Source of the DNA: Promethearchaeia archaeon
GTDB taxonomy: Archaea; Asgardarchaeota; Lokiarchaeia; Sigyniarchaeales; SOKP01
Assembly: GCA_029856045.1 (NCBI GenBank)
Contig: JAHQWG010000028.1
Location: 160,001 to 224,000 of the forward strand
Direction of reading: 5' to 3'
DNA length: 64,000 nucleotides
Positions 1 through 10,404 of this stretch are shown piece by piece. Both the position numbers and the translations under genes were made by a program. Position 1 is the first letter of the stretch. Each line of letters opens with the position of its first letter. The notes beneath the pieces were generated by a model. That model was not told the origin of the DNA. It worked only from the letters and a program-made list of their open reading frames with translations, and ran no database searches.

Positions 1-17
1 TTAATTAATTCTAAACT

Positions 18-710
18 CTATGAAGGTTTAAGTAAAAGCTCCGAAACTTCTTTTTTTAATTGATATTCTTGAATCTGTAATTCTAGAAGGCCTAATATTT
101 TTTTAAAATCTTTCGAAATTACCCCAAAATTAGTGTTTGAAATTTTTTCAATTTCATTGCGCTTTATTTCAAAATCAGTTAATCCTTTTTGTGTTTTTGC
201 AAGTAAATTTTCTATCGAATTTATCAGCTGTTCTGTGTTTTTTTTGGTTATTTTTCTCATTTTTCGTAAAATAGATAAAATCATTCCAGTAGAATTCTCC
301 CATCTTGTGTATCTATCACTAAAACTATTAAATAATTCTGTAAAAAAAAGATTCATATTCTCATATAAATTCAATTCTTCTCTATGGGGTGTTGTTGGTA
401 AATCTTCAATTTCTTTAAAATCCTCTAAAACCTCGATCTTTATACCGGACTCTTCAGATATCGTTTTATTATCCTGACTAGTTTCAGATGTCAATTGTGG
501 GGTTATCTCGATATTATCATTTTTCTCATTTGCAGTTTCTTCAGTTTTTGACTCCGCTTTTCCTCCCATAAATTCTTCTAAAGCTTTTTTACTATCTTTA
601 CTTTTTTTCAAAGCGGTCTCTAAAAAACTAAGTCCATCTTGCTTTACTTCTGGCTCACTTAAATCTTCATCCTTTTCTGATTTTTCTTTCTTAACCTTCT
701 TCTTAGCCAT
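18..710 (-). CDS. Hypothetical protein: charged, low-complexity N-terminus and coiled-coil C-terminus
   Basis: 230-aa ORF with ATG start; K/E-rich N-half and helical C-half; last gene of a same-strand run (6492 to 18). Confidence 0.7.
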   Translation of the reverse strand: MAKKKVKKEKSEKDEDLSEPEVKQDGLSFLETALKKSKDSKKALEEFMGGKAESKTEETANEKNDNIEITPQLTSETSQDNKTISEESGIKIEVLEDFKEIEDLPTTPHREELNLYENMNLFFTELFNSFSDRYTRWENSTGMILSILRKMRKITKKNTEQLINSIENLLAKTQKGLTDFEIKRNEIEKISNTNFGVISKDFKKILGLLELQIQEYQLKKEVSELLLKPS

Positions 711-745
711 AATAATTCATAATTTTTTTAAAATTCTTTAAAAAT

Positions 746-1147
746 CTATTCAATTATCTCAATTTTCTGAGCATTACCTCTTTGAATTAATGTTTCAATT
801 ACATTATCAATATTTAAACCATCAGGAATAGGTGCAATCACATTCCATATCGCTAATTTTCCTTTCTCAATAACGATTGCTTCACCGTAAATAAGAGAAA
901 TATTTAATTCACCTATGGTTTTTGCAATTAGTGCTAATGAACCCGCAACATCATTCATATAAATTTTTAATTTAACAGTGTCTTTTTCTCCAGTCCAACC
1001 TACGGGATAGATTCGAATTTCTTTCTTCTCACTATCTGCTATCATCATTATTTGGGTTGCATCCTCGATCCCTAACGATTTTCGGAAGATATTTGGAATT
1101 ACTATTCTTCCTCTTGTATCAATATTGAGAATTCGTGCTTCTTTCAT
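746..1147 (-). CDS. AbrB/MazE/SpoVT-family DNA-binding protein with C-terminal ACT-like domain
   Basis: N-terminal IDTRGRIVIPNIFRKSLGI is the AbrB signature; KLKIYMNDVAGSLALIAKTIGELNISL is ACT-like. Confidence 0.8.
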   Translation of the reverse strand: MKEARILNIDTRGRIVIPNIFRKSLGIEDATQIMMIADSEKKEIRIYPVGWTGEKDTVKLKIYMNDVAGSLALIAKTIGELNISLIYGEAIVIEKGKLAIWNVIAPIPDGLNIDNVIETLIQRGNAQKIEIIE

Positions 1148-1232
1148 ATGTGCTTCTTTCCAAAATTTTTGTAAAATCTTAATTTATTAATAAAAAATTC
1201 TCAAAACTTGTTTAAAAATATTACTTAATCAT

Positions 1233-4200
1233 TCATATTTTCTCTTCTTTTTGCTTTCTTAATAAGAGATATAAAATAATAACGACTGTAATTATTAGCG
1301 GAAAAAACACTGCCAAAGGGTTTCCTCCTGTTAAATTATTGAGGGCTAAAGAAATTGTAAACAAAGCGGCAATTAAAGAGATAACTGATCCATATTGACT
1401 GGCAACGAATCTTAATCTATTAAGGATCTCATAAAATTTGAAGTTTGTGGTTTTAATAACTTTTAACTTAGCAGGATTTAAACTATCAATAATTTCAGGA
1501 TTCTCATAATATAACTGAAGTTCAGGGTCATATTTTCCTGGTAAAGCATTTTCACCAATCAATGTGATAATATATGTTTGGATTTTATCTTTTTTAATTT
1601 TAAGTTCGCGCGCCAAAAAAGATATTGTTATATATTCGTCTTTAACCGCTTTAATAACAATTTTTACATAACTTTTAAGTATTAATTGCTCTAATTTTTT
1701 AATTTTCTCATTAATTATCTCATCATACTCATGCAGAAAATGTTTAAAATCGTCAAAAAGAAATTTATTTTTTGTATTGAATGTAGGAGATGATTTTTTG
1801 AATTCTTTTTTAAGTTTAGATGTTTCGTTTTCAATATATTTTAATCTTTCACGTATTTTTTTTACCCTTCTTTGAACCATAATACTTGTAGATTTAAAAT
1901 CTTTAATTTCTAATTTGTCTTCAACTTTTCGTTCTAAGGATCCAAGCATTTGATTAAGTATAACCTGGTTTCTATTTATAAAATGCATCAAATCTTCTTT
2001 TAAAGCGTCATTTTTAATCAAGTCTAATTTTTTTGATAAATTTTCCTTAAATTCTTCAAATTCTTTATTAAATTGATGCTTCTTAAAAACAAGTTCTTCT
2101 CGAATTTCAGAATTTGATATTTTTAAACTTTCATTCTCTACCATCATGGTACTAATTTTTTGTTCAATCTCATTCAAAGAAATTTTCCTAGTTTCTGATA
2201 ATTTTAAGATTTTACCGCTAAAATTATTTATAAGTTTATCATAATCGTTTATTTTTTCAGCTTCGTCTTGAAATAATTTATTTAATTCCCGTAATTGGAT
2301 TCTTAAAGAGTTGAATTCTTCACCGATGAAACTTACAAGTTGATTAAAAATTATTGTATTTTTGTTAATTTCATTAATAATATTCCTATATCTATTAAGT
2401 TCAGTATTAAAAAAATTTTTATTCGCTATGAAATCATCTCTATTTGTATTTATTCCAATTTTTAAAATTTCATTTTGGTAACTTCTTTCTAAATTTAATT
2501 GCTGGTTATTAAATTCTTCTATTCTATTTTGAATTTCTAAAACATTAACTTTAAGAGATTTATTTTTTATTGCAGATTCATATAGAGATACTAATTTTCC
2601 GAAATTATTTCCTAATTTCTCTATTTGTTTTTCTATAAAATTTCTCAATTGTTTATTCTTATAATAGTTATCTGTGAATACAAGGAGTTCCTTGTTATTT
2701 TCATCCAATTCTCCATCTAATTTTGTAATTTCTATCATTTCATTGATTCTTTCGATCAATATATTACATTTTAGATTTAATTTTTTCTTTAAATCATCCA
2801 GTTTTATGAGATTTGTATGGGATTGCGAGGTATTTGACAGAATCTCTTGTTTAATAATCTCATTTGTATATCTATTTTTTAAATCATTCAAATTATTTTT
2901 AAATAGATCTATGAATTTATTCCATGATAACATACATAACTTTGATTTCTCTTGAAAATCTACTACAATTTTAGCAAGTTCTTTTACTTTATCTTTAACT
3001 TTTTCATTGAGATCTGAATAATTTTTAGAAAGTTCAGCAATTCGAGATTTTAAATTGGCGATTTTAAGTTTTTGATAATTTAAATCTTTCGCACATTCAT
3101 TTTCTTTCTTTCTTAATTGTTCTTCTAAAATGGAAATATTGCTTTTTATAAAATTATCAAATTCTTTTAATTTCTCAAGTTCCCGTTCTTGAATAACTTT
3201 ATCTTCAATAGAATTTCGATAATTATCAAATTTCTCAATTATTTTCTGCTCTAATTTATTCCAATCCTCTTGAATTTTTTTTAGAAGTAGAAAAAGTTTT
3301 CTCTTACTCTTCAAATGTTCCTTTAATTGAGATTGGGATTTTTTAATTAATTCTAATTTTTCATTTAAAAGCTTCTCAGTTTTTTCTTCAATAATTTCCA
3401 GTGCCAGTTGATATTTTTTTTCCTTTAAGATTAAATCAACTGTGTTTTTGAGTTCATTAATCATCATAGAAGTACTTTGTTCTATTTCCTTTATTTCATT
3501 TTTATCATTTTCATAAATCTTAAATCCTTCTAGGAAATAATCAATAAATGTATCTGCATCTTCTTTAATTGATATCCATTTTGAGATAACCTTCTTTTGC
3601 GTTTTTTGAATGGATTTTTCTTTAGAAGTAATTTTATGTGATATTTTATAGATTTGCGTATCTAATTTCGTGATTTCTGAATTAAGATGTTCGCAAACTT
3701 TTAATAATTGTTGAACAATTCCATTAGAATATGATTTCTCTAGGGATTCTCTAAATAAATTTTTAAAGTGGTCAATTAAAGAATAAATCTTTTGTTCATT
3801 TTTATCAATTAAATCTTCTAACTTATTCAAAATTAATTTGAAATTTTTTAGATTTTCTTTTTCCTTGAAAATTTCATTAAAATAATTTTGTAAATTAAAA
3901 TATTTGCCTCGAATTTCTGAATAATTCTTGTTCCATTCCACTATCTCATTGGATAACTGATAATTTGGATTTATGTATTTAAAATCTGTAGAAAAGGAAT
4001 TTTCAATATTTTCATTTAAAAAATCGGCTTCCATTAAAGCATTTTTTACATTATATTTTAACCTTTCTCTTGCTAAATCGAATTCATTTACAAGTATTAA
4101 GCTTTTAATCTCTTCTTTAATCTTTTTTGGTGTATCTTTTAATTTGATTATTATATTATAAATATCTGTTTTTATTTCCTCCAATTTAAATTTTTCATTA

Positions 4201-5663
4201 ATTATTTCTTCGCTATTTATATTAGAATCAATTCTAATTACTTCAGAAATAAATTTGTCTTTATATAGATAATATTTGCTAAAAAAAATCATGTTTTTCC
4301 GAAGAATTCGACCTAGGAAAAAGTTGTGCGAAATTAAATCTTCTGTTAGAAGGATCAAATCCCTAATTTTTTTTGGCTTATTTGGGTAATTGTATTTGTA
4401 GTCATTCAGAAGTTTATTTAAATAGATAACGCTATTATTTTTTATCGATGCATATACTGATTTAGCTAAATATGCATTTTCTCGGGTTAAATTTCTTAAA
4501 TAATTATTAAATTCAATTTCATTATCTAAAATCTCCAAATTAAAGTTGTATTTCTGATTAATATGTCTGAGAATTTCTGGTATTCCCTCATTTATTCCTA
4601 ACTCTTTTTTTAAAATATTTAAGTCTAAAGAAGTATTTATATCAAAATGTCTAAAAGCAGTTCTCTCAACTTCTTCAATAAATTTAGACCAAATAAATGA
4701 GCACATTAAAATAATTTTCGAAATATCCATTAATTTCAAGGTATTAAATGAACTATAATCATGATTTAAGCCTTTAATTTTCGTTGAGAGAAAAGAATAA
4801 ATCTTTCCACGATTGTAATCAAAGAACCAGGAATAATTTTCCAAAACATAAATAATCCAAAATGTTTCATTTATTTTCCCAACATTTTCCTTAAAACTAA
4901 AACCTCCATCATTTTGTTGAAATTGGTGTAAATATTTTAAGTGTTTAGTCTCAATATCAGAAATTAAATCAAAATATTTAAGACTAAGTAATTGAAATAC
5001 TATGGAATATTTCTTTTTTAAATCATTAAAATATTTTAAAAACACATTTTGTTCTAATTTGATATCAAAATCTAGAAGAATCAATGCTTCTATTACGAAA
5101 AAACTTGTTCTAATAGGCGTTGTTTTTTGGCAAATTGTACAATTTTTGTTTAAACAATGAATAAAACGCCCTTTATCTCTGGTCTTATAAATAAAATTAA
5201 TAATCTTTTCTTTTATATTTTCTCTTGAATGTGTAGATAAATAGGCATCTAATTGTCCTAATAAATTTAAACTGGCTAAAGCAAAAAAGGTTGACCAATT
5301 ATCTGGTTTTCTCTGTTTAGATTCAGGGGAAAACTTAAATCCTAGGGAATTTTCTTCAAAAATTTCACATCCTGTTATGAAATTAATGATCTTTTTGAGA
5401 TTTATAGATATATCTTCCCTCAAATATTTCCCCAATAAAAGAAACCAATATATATTCTCTAAATTCAGATTTCTGAAATTTAATAATTTTTTTTCAAAAA
5501 AACGATAAATTTTCACAATCTTATCATATTCAGGTATAAAAAAACTTCCTATATCGTCATCTATGGCAAAAGTAAATGATCTAAACGGCTTCTTTTTGAA
5601 TACCGTTACATACGGATAGGCAGAATTATCTTTTACCTTTGCCATGTTATTGTGCTCAACCAA
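1233..5663 (-). CDS. Large protein: prenyltransferase/squalene-oxidase-like repeats, long coiled coil, PCI-like winged-helix domains and C-terminal transmembrane hairpin
   Basis: LHQFQQNDGGFSFKENVGKINETFWIIYVL and GFKFSPES..DNWSTFFALASL repeats; PCI-like IKLDDLKKKLNL..LDGELD and ITISFLARELKI..LPGKYD; two hydrophobic helices followed by a basic tail. Confidence 0.75.
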   Translation of the reverse strand: MVEHNNMAKVKDNSAYPYVTVFKKKPFRSFTFAIDDDIGSFFIPEYDKIVKIYRFFEKKLLNFRNLNLENIYWFLLLGKYLREDISINLKKIINFITGCEIFEENSLGFKFSPESKQRKPDNWSTFFALASLNLLGQLDAYLSTHSRENIKEKIINFIYKTRDKGRFIHCLNKNCTICQKTTPIRTSFFVIEALILLDFDIKLEQNVFLKYFNDLKKKYSIVFQLLSLKYFDLISDIETKHLKYLHQFQQNDGGFSFKENVGKINETFWIIYVLENYSWFFDYNRGKIYSFLSTKIKGLNHDYSSFNTLKLMDISKIILMCSFIWSKFIEEVERTAFRHFDINTSLDLNILKKELGINEGIPEILRHINQKYNFNLEILDNEIEFNNYLRNLTRENAYLAKSVYASIKNNSVIYLNKLLNDYKYNYPNKPKKIRDLILLTEDLISHNFFLGRILRKNMIFFSKYYLYKDKFISEVIRIDSNINSEEIINEKFKLEEIKTDIYNIIIKLKDTPKKIKEEIKSLILVNEFDLARERLKYNVKNALMEADFLNENIENSFSTDFKYINPNYQLSNEIVEWNKNYSEIRGKYFNLQNYFNEIFKEKENLKNFKLILNKLEDLIDKNEQKIYSLIDHFKNLFRESLEKSYSNGIVQQLLKVCEHLNSEITKLDTQIYKISHKITSKEKSIQKTQKKVISKWISIKEDADTFIDYFLEGFKIYENDKNEIKEIEQSTSMMINELKNTVDLILKEKKYQLALEIIEEKTEKLLNEKLELIKKSQSQLKEHLKSKRKLFLLLKKIQEDWNKLEQKIIEKFDNYRNSIEDKVIQERELEKLKEFDNFIKSNISILEEQLRKKENECAKDLNYQKLKIANLKSRIAELSKNYSDLNEKVKDKVKELAKIVVDFQEKSKLCMLSWNKFIDLFKNNLNDLKNRYTNEIIKQEILSNTSQSHTNLIKLDDLKKKLNLKCNILIERINEMIEITKLDGELDENNKELLVFTDNYYKNKQLRNFIEKQIEKLGNNFGKLVSLYESAIKNKSLKVNVLEIQNRIEEFNNQQLNLERSYQNEILKIGINTNRDDFIANKNFFNTELNRYRNIINEINKNTIIFNQLVSFIGEEFNSLRIQLRELNKLFQDEAEKINDYDKLINNFSGKILKLSETRKISLNEIEQKISTMMVENESLKISNSEIREELVFKKHQFNKEFEEFKENLSKKLDLIKNDALKEDLMHFINRNQVILNQMLGSLERKVEDKLEIKDFKSTSIMVQRRVKKIRERLKYIENETSKLKKEFKKSSPTFNTKNKFLFDDFKHFLHEYDEIINEKIKKLEQLILKSYVKIVIKAVKDEYITISFLARELKIKKDKIQTYIITLIGENALPGKYDPELQLYYENPEIIDSLNPAKLKVIKTTNFKFYEILNRLRFVASQYGSVISLIAALFTISLALNNLTGGNPLAVFFPLIITVVIILYLLLRKQKEEKI

Positions 5664-5769
5664 ATAATTATTTGTTGCAAAATCTAAATTAGATATAAAA
5701 AATTTAAAATAAAAAATTATTGTAAAAAAAATTCAAGTATTGTTTATTAAAGGAAAAATTTTAATCTTT

Positions 5770-6492
5770 TCAAACAATTTTTCCCGCAATTACTTTAATA
5801 CCCTGCTTTACAATTTGCTCATAATTATTTTGTGTAATTTCCAAGCAAATAATCATTAACTCGTCGTAGTTCCTATTAAATTGATACTTGTATAATTCTG
5901 CCTTTTTAATAAGTTGATAAGCGTCTCTATTGTCTGCATGGAATTTTATTTCAATTAAAATCGTTTTATTGTTCTGAATCAATATATCGATATCAGTTGA
6001 ATAATTTTCCCAAAATACTTTACCTTCTTTATCATTTAGTTTTTCTTTTTTAATTTCACTTGTATTTATACTTTCTTGAATTAAATTATCATTTAAGAAG
6101 TATAAAATAGCATTTTCCAACCCTATACCGCCTCGACGTCCTAACGAGTTTATAGAAGCTTGTAACTGGACTCTTTCTTCTCTGGCTATTTCAAAACCCT
6201 TATTCATCTCTTTAATTAATGCTTCAAAACGATTATCTACGGCTTCAAATCGCTTATCTACGGCTTCAAATCGGTTATTCATTTGCTCTTGAAGGGTTTC
6301 GAATCGTTTATCCATGGCTTCAAATCGCTTATCTACGGCTTCAAATCTTCTGTCGGAATGTTCAATAATTCTTATAATATCTTCTTTTGTAGCAACTACT
6401 CCAGAGAGCGCAGTTATTATTGCACCCTTTATCTCGTCGTCTTCCCTTATTAACTTTGGTAAAAGTTTTAACAACTCGTTTTTATCGATCAA
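5770..6492 (-). CDS. Heptad-repeat coiled-coil protein with C-terminal PD-(D/E)XK nuclease-like domain (DUF3782-like)
   Basis: VATKEDI followed by RFEAVDK repeats; DIDILI..ILIEIK motif. Confidence 0.75.
   Translation of the reverse strand: MIDKNELLKLLPKLIREDDEIKGAIITALSGVVATKEDIIRIIEHSDRRFEAVDKRFEAMDKRFETLQEQMNNRFEAVDKRFEAVDNRFEALIKEMNKGFEIAREERVQLQASINSLGRRGGIGLENAILYFLNDNLIQESINTSEIKKEKLNDKEGKVFWENYSTDIDILIQNNKTILIEIKFHADNRDAYQLIKKAELYKYQFNRNYDELMIICLEITQNNYEQIVKQGIKVIAGKIV
6220..6350. repeat. Intragenic 21-bp tandem repeat (GGCTTCAAATCGCTTATCTAC) encoding RFEAVDK heptads
   Basis: Several degenerate units; an identical 32-mer occurs at 6241-6272 and 6316-6347. Confidence 0.9.
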
Positions 6493-6723
6493 TTTTATTC
6501 TCCAGTTAATAATATAAAATAAGACTTATATTTTTAAATATATCTGCTCAAAGAAGTTATAATAGTCATCTAAAATTTTAAGAATTGCTGCAATAATATT
6601 CGGTTTCAAGAATAAAATTATTAAAATTAGGAAAAACGCAAAAAATCGTAAGATAATTAGTTCTGTTTATTTTTTTAATTTATTTAATAATATTTTTAAT
6701 TTTTAATAATTACTATTTTTATT

Positions 6724-7767
6724 ATGGCTGAAAAACCTATTTTTGGAAATTGGCTCTCAATTGAAAAAATTAACTCTCTCGAGAAATATATTTTAGTCAC
6801 AATGGAAGAACCATGGAAAATTATAGAACCAAAAATCACACAAAAACCAATTTTCCTTAAATTTAATAATAATATGGCAATCGACCATTTAAAAGCATTA
6901 GCTTTGAGTTTTGACCCTAATATTTTAAAAAATTGTAGTTTAATAGGGATTGGTGGAGGAACATCTTGTGATACTGCAAAATTTTTAGCTTGGTATTTAA
7001 GAGATAAATTTGATTTAAATTTAGACTTACTATTGATTCCATCAATTATTTCTGTGGATGCCTTCTTATGTTCTTCAATTGCCGTAAGAATTAATAGTAA
7101 AGTAAAATATATTGGAGAAATCCATCCAAAAGAAATTTTGATCGATTATAATTTAATCCAAAGTGCTCCTCCATTTTTAAACAGAGCAGGAGTTTCGGAT
7201 ACAATTTCAATAATTACAGCGTTAGGAGATTGGAGACTCGCCAGAGATGAAATAAATGAAAAATTTAACCAAGATGTATTTAATCGAGCAAAAAAGATTG
7301 CTAAAAATTTAATGGAAGCAAGAACTGAAATTAAGGATGTGACAGAAAAAGGAATTAAAGCTTTAGTTGATGGTTTTTATAATGAAGTTGTACTTTGTGA
7401 AGAATGGGGGAATGCAAGGCCTGAAGAAGGAAGCGAACATTTTCTTGCATATTGCCTAGAATCAATTACTCATAAACATTATATTCACGGTAATTTAATT
7501 GGCATGAATATACTAATTAGTCTCTTTCTACAAGAAGAATATGCGGAATTTCCAATTGAAGAAATAAAACAATTTTTTGAATATATTAAAATAAATATTA
7601 CTCCTGAAAAGCAGCATATTTCTTATAATAATATTAGAAAAGCTTTAAAAAAAATTAAAAAGTATGTTATTTCCGAAAAATTACCTTATTCAATATATAA
7701 TTCCTCAAAATTAATCCTAAATAATAAAAAGATTGATGAAATCATTAAATTCTTAAAAGCAATTTAG
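6724..7767 (+). CDS. Glycerol-1-phosphate dehydrogenase-like protein (EgsA/AraM; metal-dependent alcohol dehydrogenase superfamily)
   Basis: GIGGGTSCDTAK, IPSIISVDA, GSEHFLAY and HG metal-ligand motifs. Confidence 0.75.
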   Translation: MAEKPIFGNWLSIEKINSLEKYILVTMEEPWKIIEPKITQKPIFLKFNNNMAIDHLKALALSFDPNILKNCSLIGIGGGTSCDTAKFLAWYLRDKFDLNLDLLLIPSIISVDAFLCSSIAVRINSKVKYIGEIHPKEILIDYNLIQSAPPFLNRAGVSDTISIITALGDWRLARDEINEKFNQDVFNRAKKIAKNLMEARTEIKDVTEKGIKALVDGFYNEVVLCEEWGNARPEEGSEHFLAYCLESITHKHYIHGNLIGMNILISLFLQEEYAEFPIEEIKQFFEYIKINITPEKQHISYNNIRKALKKIKKYVISEKLPYSIYNSSKLILNNKKIDEIIKFLKAI

Positions 7768-8017
7768 ATGGATATTTGATTTGATTAATAAATTCCGATT
7801 TAATCATATTTAAGCTCAGTTAAGTCGATCATCCACGGAAAAATTTTTTTATTATTATTGAAGTGTAATTTGACAATTTTTAACAAAATTAAATTACTGA
7901 TCTACTGACAAAAGTACATTACTACTAACAATAAAGGATAAATAAATTAAAAATAAAATAATCTTTAATTCACTTAATTAATAACTTTTATTGAATTTCA
8001 ATACAGAGGAAGAAATA

Positions 8018-9067
8018 ATGCAAAACTTAAAGGTTGGGATTATAGGTTCCGGTTTTATTGCTGAACATCATTGTTATGCATATAGTTTATTACCAAATGT
8101 GGAGTTGATGGCAATGTCTTCTTTATTAGAAAATAAGGCAAAAGAATTGATGAAAAAATATAACATACCTGGAAAGCCCTATAAAGATTATAATGAGTTA
8201 TTAAAATTGGATTTGGACGTTGTATCACTATGTATTCCTAATTTTCTCCATAAACAGGGTGCAATTGATGTTTTGAAATCGGGAAAGCATGTTTTTGTGG
8301 AAAAACCGTTAGCAAGAACCGTTGAAGAGGGTAAAGCAATGTTGATGGCTGCGAATAAAGCGAATAAACAAATTTTTTATTGTGAAAATAACATGTATGC
8401 GCCATCTTTTTCAAAGGTAAAAGAGATAATTGAAGAAGGTGCTTTAGGGAAAATATATATGGGAAGAGGAAAGGAACAGCATAGCGGCCCTCATTCTGCT
8501 TGGTTTTATAAAGCAGATAAAGCTGGAGGTGGATGTATATTAGATCTTGGAGTTCATGATGTTGCGTGTCTTATTTGGTATTTAAATTGTGAGGTAGAAA
8601 AGGTATTTTGCCAAACAACTATAACTCTGCCAGATAGAGGTGAGTTTGGAAAATGCAATGTAGAAGATAATGCTGTGGGGATATTGTATTTTAAAAATGG
8701 AGCACAGGTTGTAATTGAAGAATCTTGGACTGCTCCGGGAGGTTATAATATGAGATTTGAACTTTATGGCACTGATGGACAAATCATAGTTGATCCCTCT
8801 AGAAATAATCTTTGTGTTGTCTATAGCGAAAAAAGTTATGGATATGTAGTAGAAAAAGCTGGTTCAACTAAGGGATGGACATTTCCTGTCCCTGAAGAAG
8901 CTTGGGTATTTGGATATCCACAAGAAATAAAACAATTTACTAAATGTATTTTGGAAAATAAAAAACCACTAACAGACGGAGCTTATGGTCTAAAAGTTTT
9001 AAATATAATCGAAACATTGTATAAGAGCGCTAAATCTGGAAAAATTGAGTGGGTTCCATCTCTTTAA
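8018..9067 (+). CDS. Gfo/Idh/MocA family NAD(P)-dependent oxidoreductase
   Basis: VGIIGSGFIA, GKHVFVEKP, GGGCILDLGVH; ATG at 8018 preceded by GAGGA is preferred to the TTG at 7991. Confidence 0.9.
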   Translation: MQNLKVGIIGSGFIAEHHCYAYSLLPNVELMAMSSLLENKAKELMKKYNIPGKPYKDYNELLKLDLDVVSLCIPNFLHKQGAIDVLKSGKHVFVEKPLARTVEEGKAMLMAANKANKQIFYCENNMYAPSFSKVKEIIEEGALGKIYMGRGKEQHSGPHSAWFYKADKAGGGCILDLGVHDVACLIWYLNCEVEKVFCQTTITLPDRGEFGKCNVEDNAVGILYFKNGAQVVIEESWTAPGGYNMRFELYGTDGQIIVDPSRNNLCVVYSEKSYGYVVEKAGSTKGWTFPVPEEAWVFGYPQEIKQFTKCILENKKPLTDGAYGLKVLNIIETLYKSAKSGKIEWVPSL

Positions 9068-9101
9068 GAAAAGATTAAGCTAAAAATTTATCTTTTTAAA
9101 C

Positions 9102-10310
9102 CTATTTTTGCAAAGATTTAATAAAATCTACTATGTAATTTAATTTATCTTTTGATGCGAGTAGCATTTCATGAGGGAATTCAATGCTTCTTGAATAGAT
9201 ATCACTTACTACGGGAAAGTTTTTATCATCACTTTTGGTTCTACCCCAATTAGCATTACTATAATCAATTCCTTTCTTTAAATTAACATTTTTAAAACAA
9301 TCTAAACTATGTAATGGGGGATAACAATCAACAATTGGAATACCATTATCGTTAAATTTCTTATAAAAATCTTCCTTTGTAATTCCTCCAAATTTTTCAG
9401 GTTTAAAAACAATTGGATAAATATACCATCCGAGTTCTTCAGTTCCAGGGGTTGGTTTCATAACCTGAATACCATCTATTTGATTTAATTTTTCCATTAA
9501 AAATTTAGCATTTTCATTTCTTAATTTGTGTTGATCTGGAAATTTCTTAATTTGTGATCTTAGTACTGCTGCTTGATACTCGCTCATCCTATAATTGGTA
9601 CCATAGATAAAATGATTATAGAAATAGTCATCTTTCCTTCTTCCACAATCTGAAATTGAATACATTAAATCGGCTAATTTTTCATTATTGGTAATTATTG
9701 CGCCTCCTTCTCCACTTGTCAATACCTTAGAAGCTTGAAAGCTAAACGTTCCCGCATCACCCCAATTTCCAAGTCTTTTCCCTTTATAACGAGATCCATG
9801 CGCATGCGAAGAATCCTCAACAACCTTTAGATTATATTTTTCTGCAATTTCCATTAATAGATCCATTTCAACGGGATTTCCGCCCAAATGAACGGGTATT
9901 ATTGCTTTAGTTTTCTCCGTAATTAAACCCTTAACTTTATCGACATCCATAACTAATGTGTTTGGATCAATGTCACAAAATATAGGAACGGCATTTGTAG
10001 CAACGATTGCAGATGCGGAAGCTACAAAAGTATAATCACTTACAATTACTTCATCTCCCAACCCAACTCCCAAAGATAATAAAGCGACTTCAATAGCAAC
10101 AGTACCATTAAATACGGCAACACAATGTTTCGCTTCCTGTAATTTAGCAAAATCTTCTTGAAACGCCCAAACATTTTCACCTTGATGAACACTAGGCGAT
10201 CCGCACCACCATTTTCCTGATTTAATTATATCATTTAAAGCAAAAATCTCATCATCATCATAAATGGGCCATTTAGGAAAATCTTTTCTCACATTTTGTT
10301 CAAAACTCAT
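9102..10310 (-). CDS. DegT/DnrJ/EryC1/StrS PLP-dependent aminotransferase
   Basis: NGTVA, GDEVIV..TFVASA, IIPVHLGG, EDSSHAHG, FSFQASKVLTSGEGG (PLP lysine). Confidence 0.93.
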   Translation of the reverse strand: MSFEQNVRKDFPKWPIYDDDEIFALNDIIKSGKWWCGSPSVHQGENVWAFQEDFAKLQEAKHCVAVFNGTVAIEVALLSLGVGLGDEVIVSDYTFVASASAIVATNAVPIFCDIDPNTLVMDVDKVKGLITEKTKAIIPVHLGGNPVEMDLLMEIAEKYNLKVVEDSSHAHGSRYKGKRLGNWGDAGTFSFQASKVLTSGEGGAIITNNEKLADLMYSISDCGRRKDDYFYNHFIYGTNYRMSEYQAAVLRSQIKKFPDQHKLRNENAKFLMEKLNQIDGIQVMKPTPGTEELGWYIYPIVFKPEKFGGITKEDFYKKFNDNGIPIVDCYPPLHSLDCFKNVNLKKGIDYSNANWGRTKSDDKNFPVVSDIYSRSIEFPHEMLLASKDKLNYIVDFIKSLQK

Positions 10311-10404
10311 TGTTATTTCTCCTTATTATATTTAAATCCTGTAAAAAAGAATACTTAATAAAGGATATATAAGAAAAAAGATTAAATTAATTAATTATTT
10401 TAGT

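Noticed and set aside
6220-6350. CRISPR-like repeat array
   Set aside because: Units are contiguous, in frame and coding, with no unique spacers.
6510-7860. Short coding-like minus-strand stretches in the gaps near 6525-6610 and 7800-7850
   Set aside because: Under 30 codons with no recognisable family; cannot be supported.
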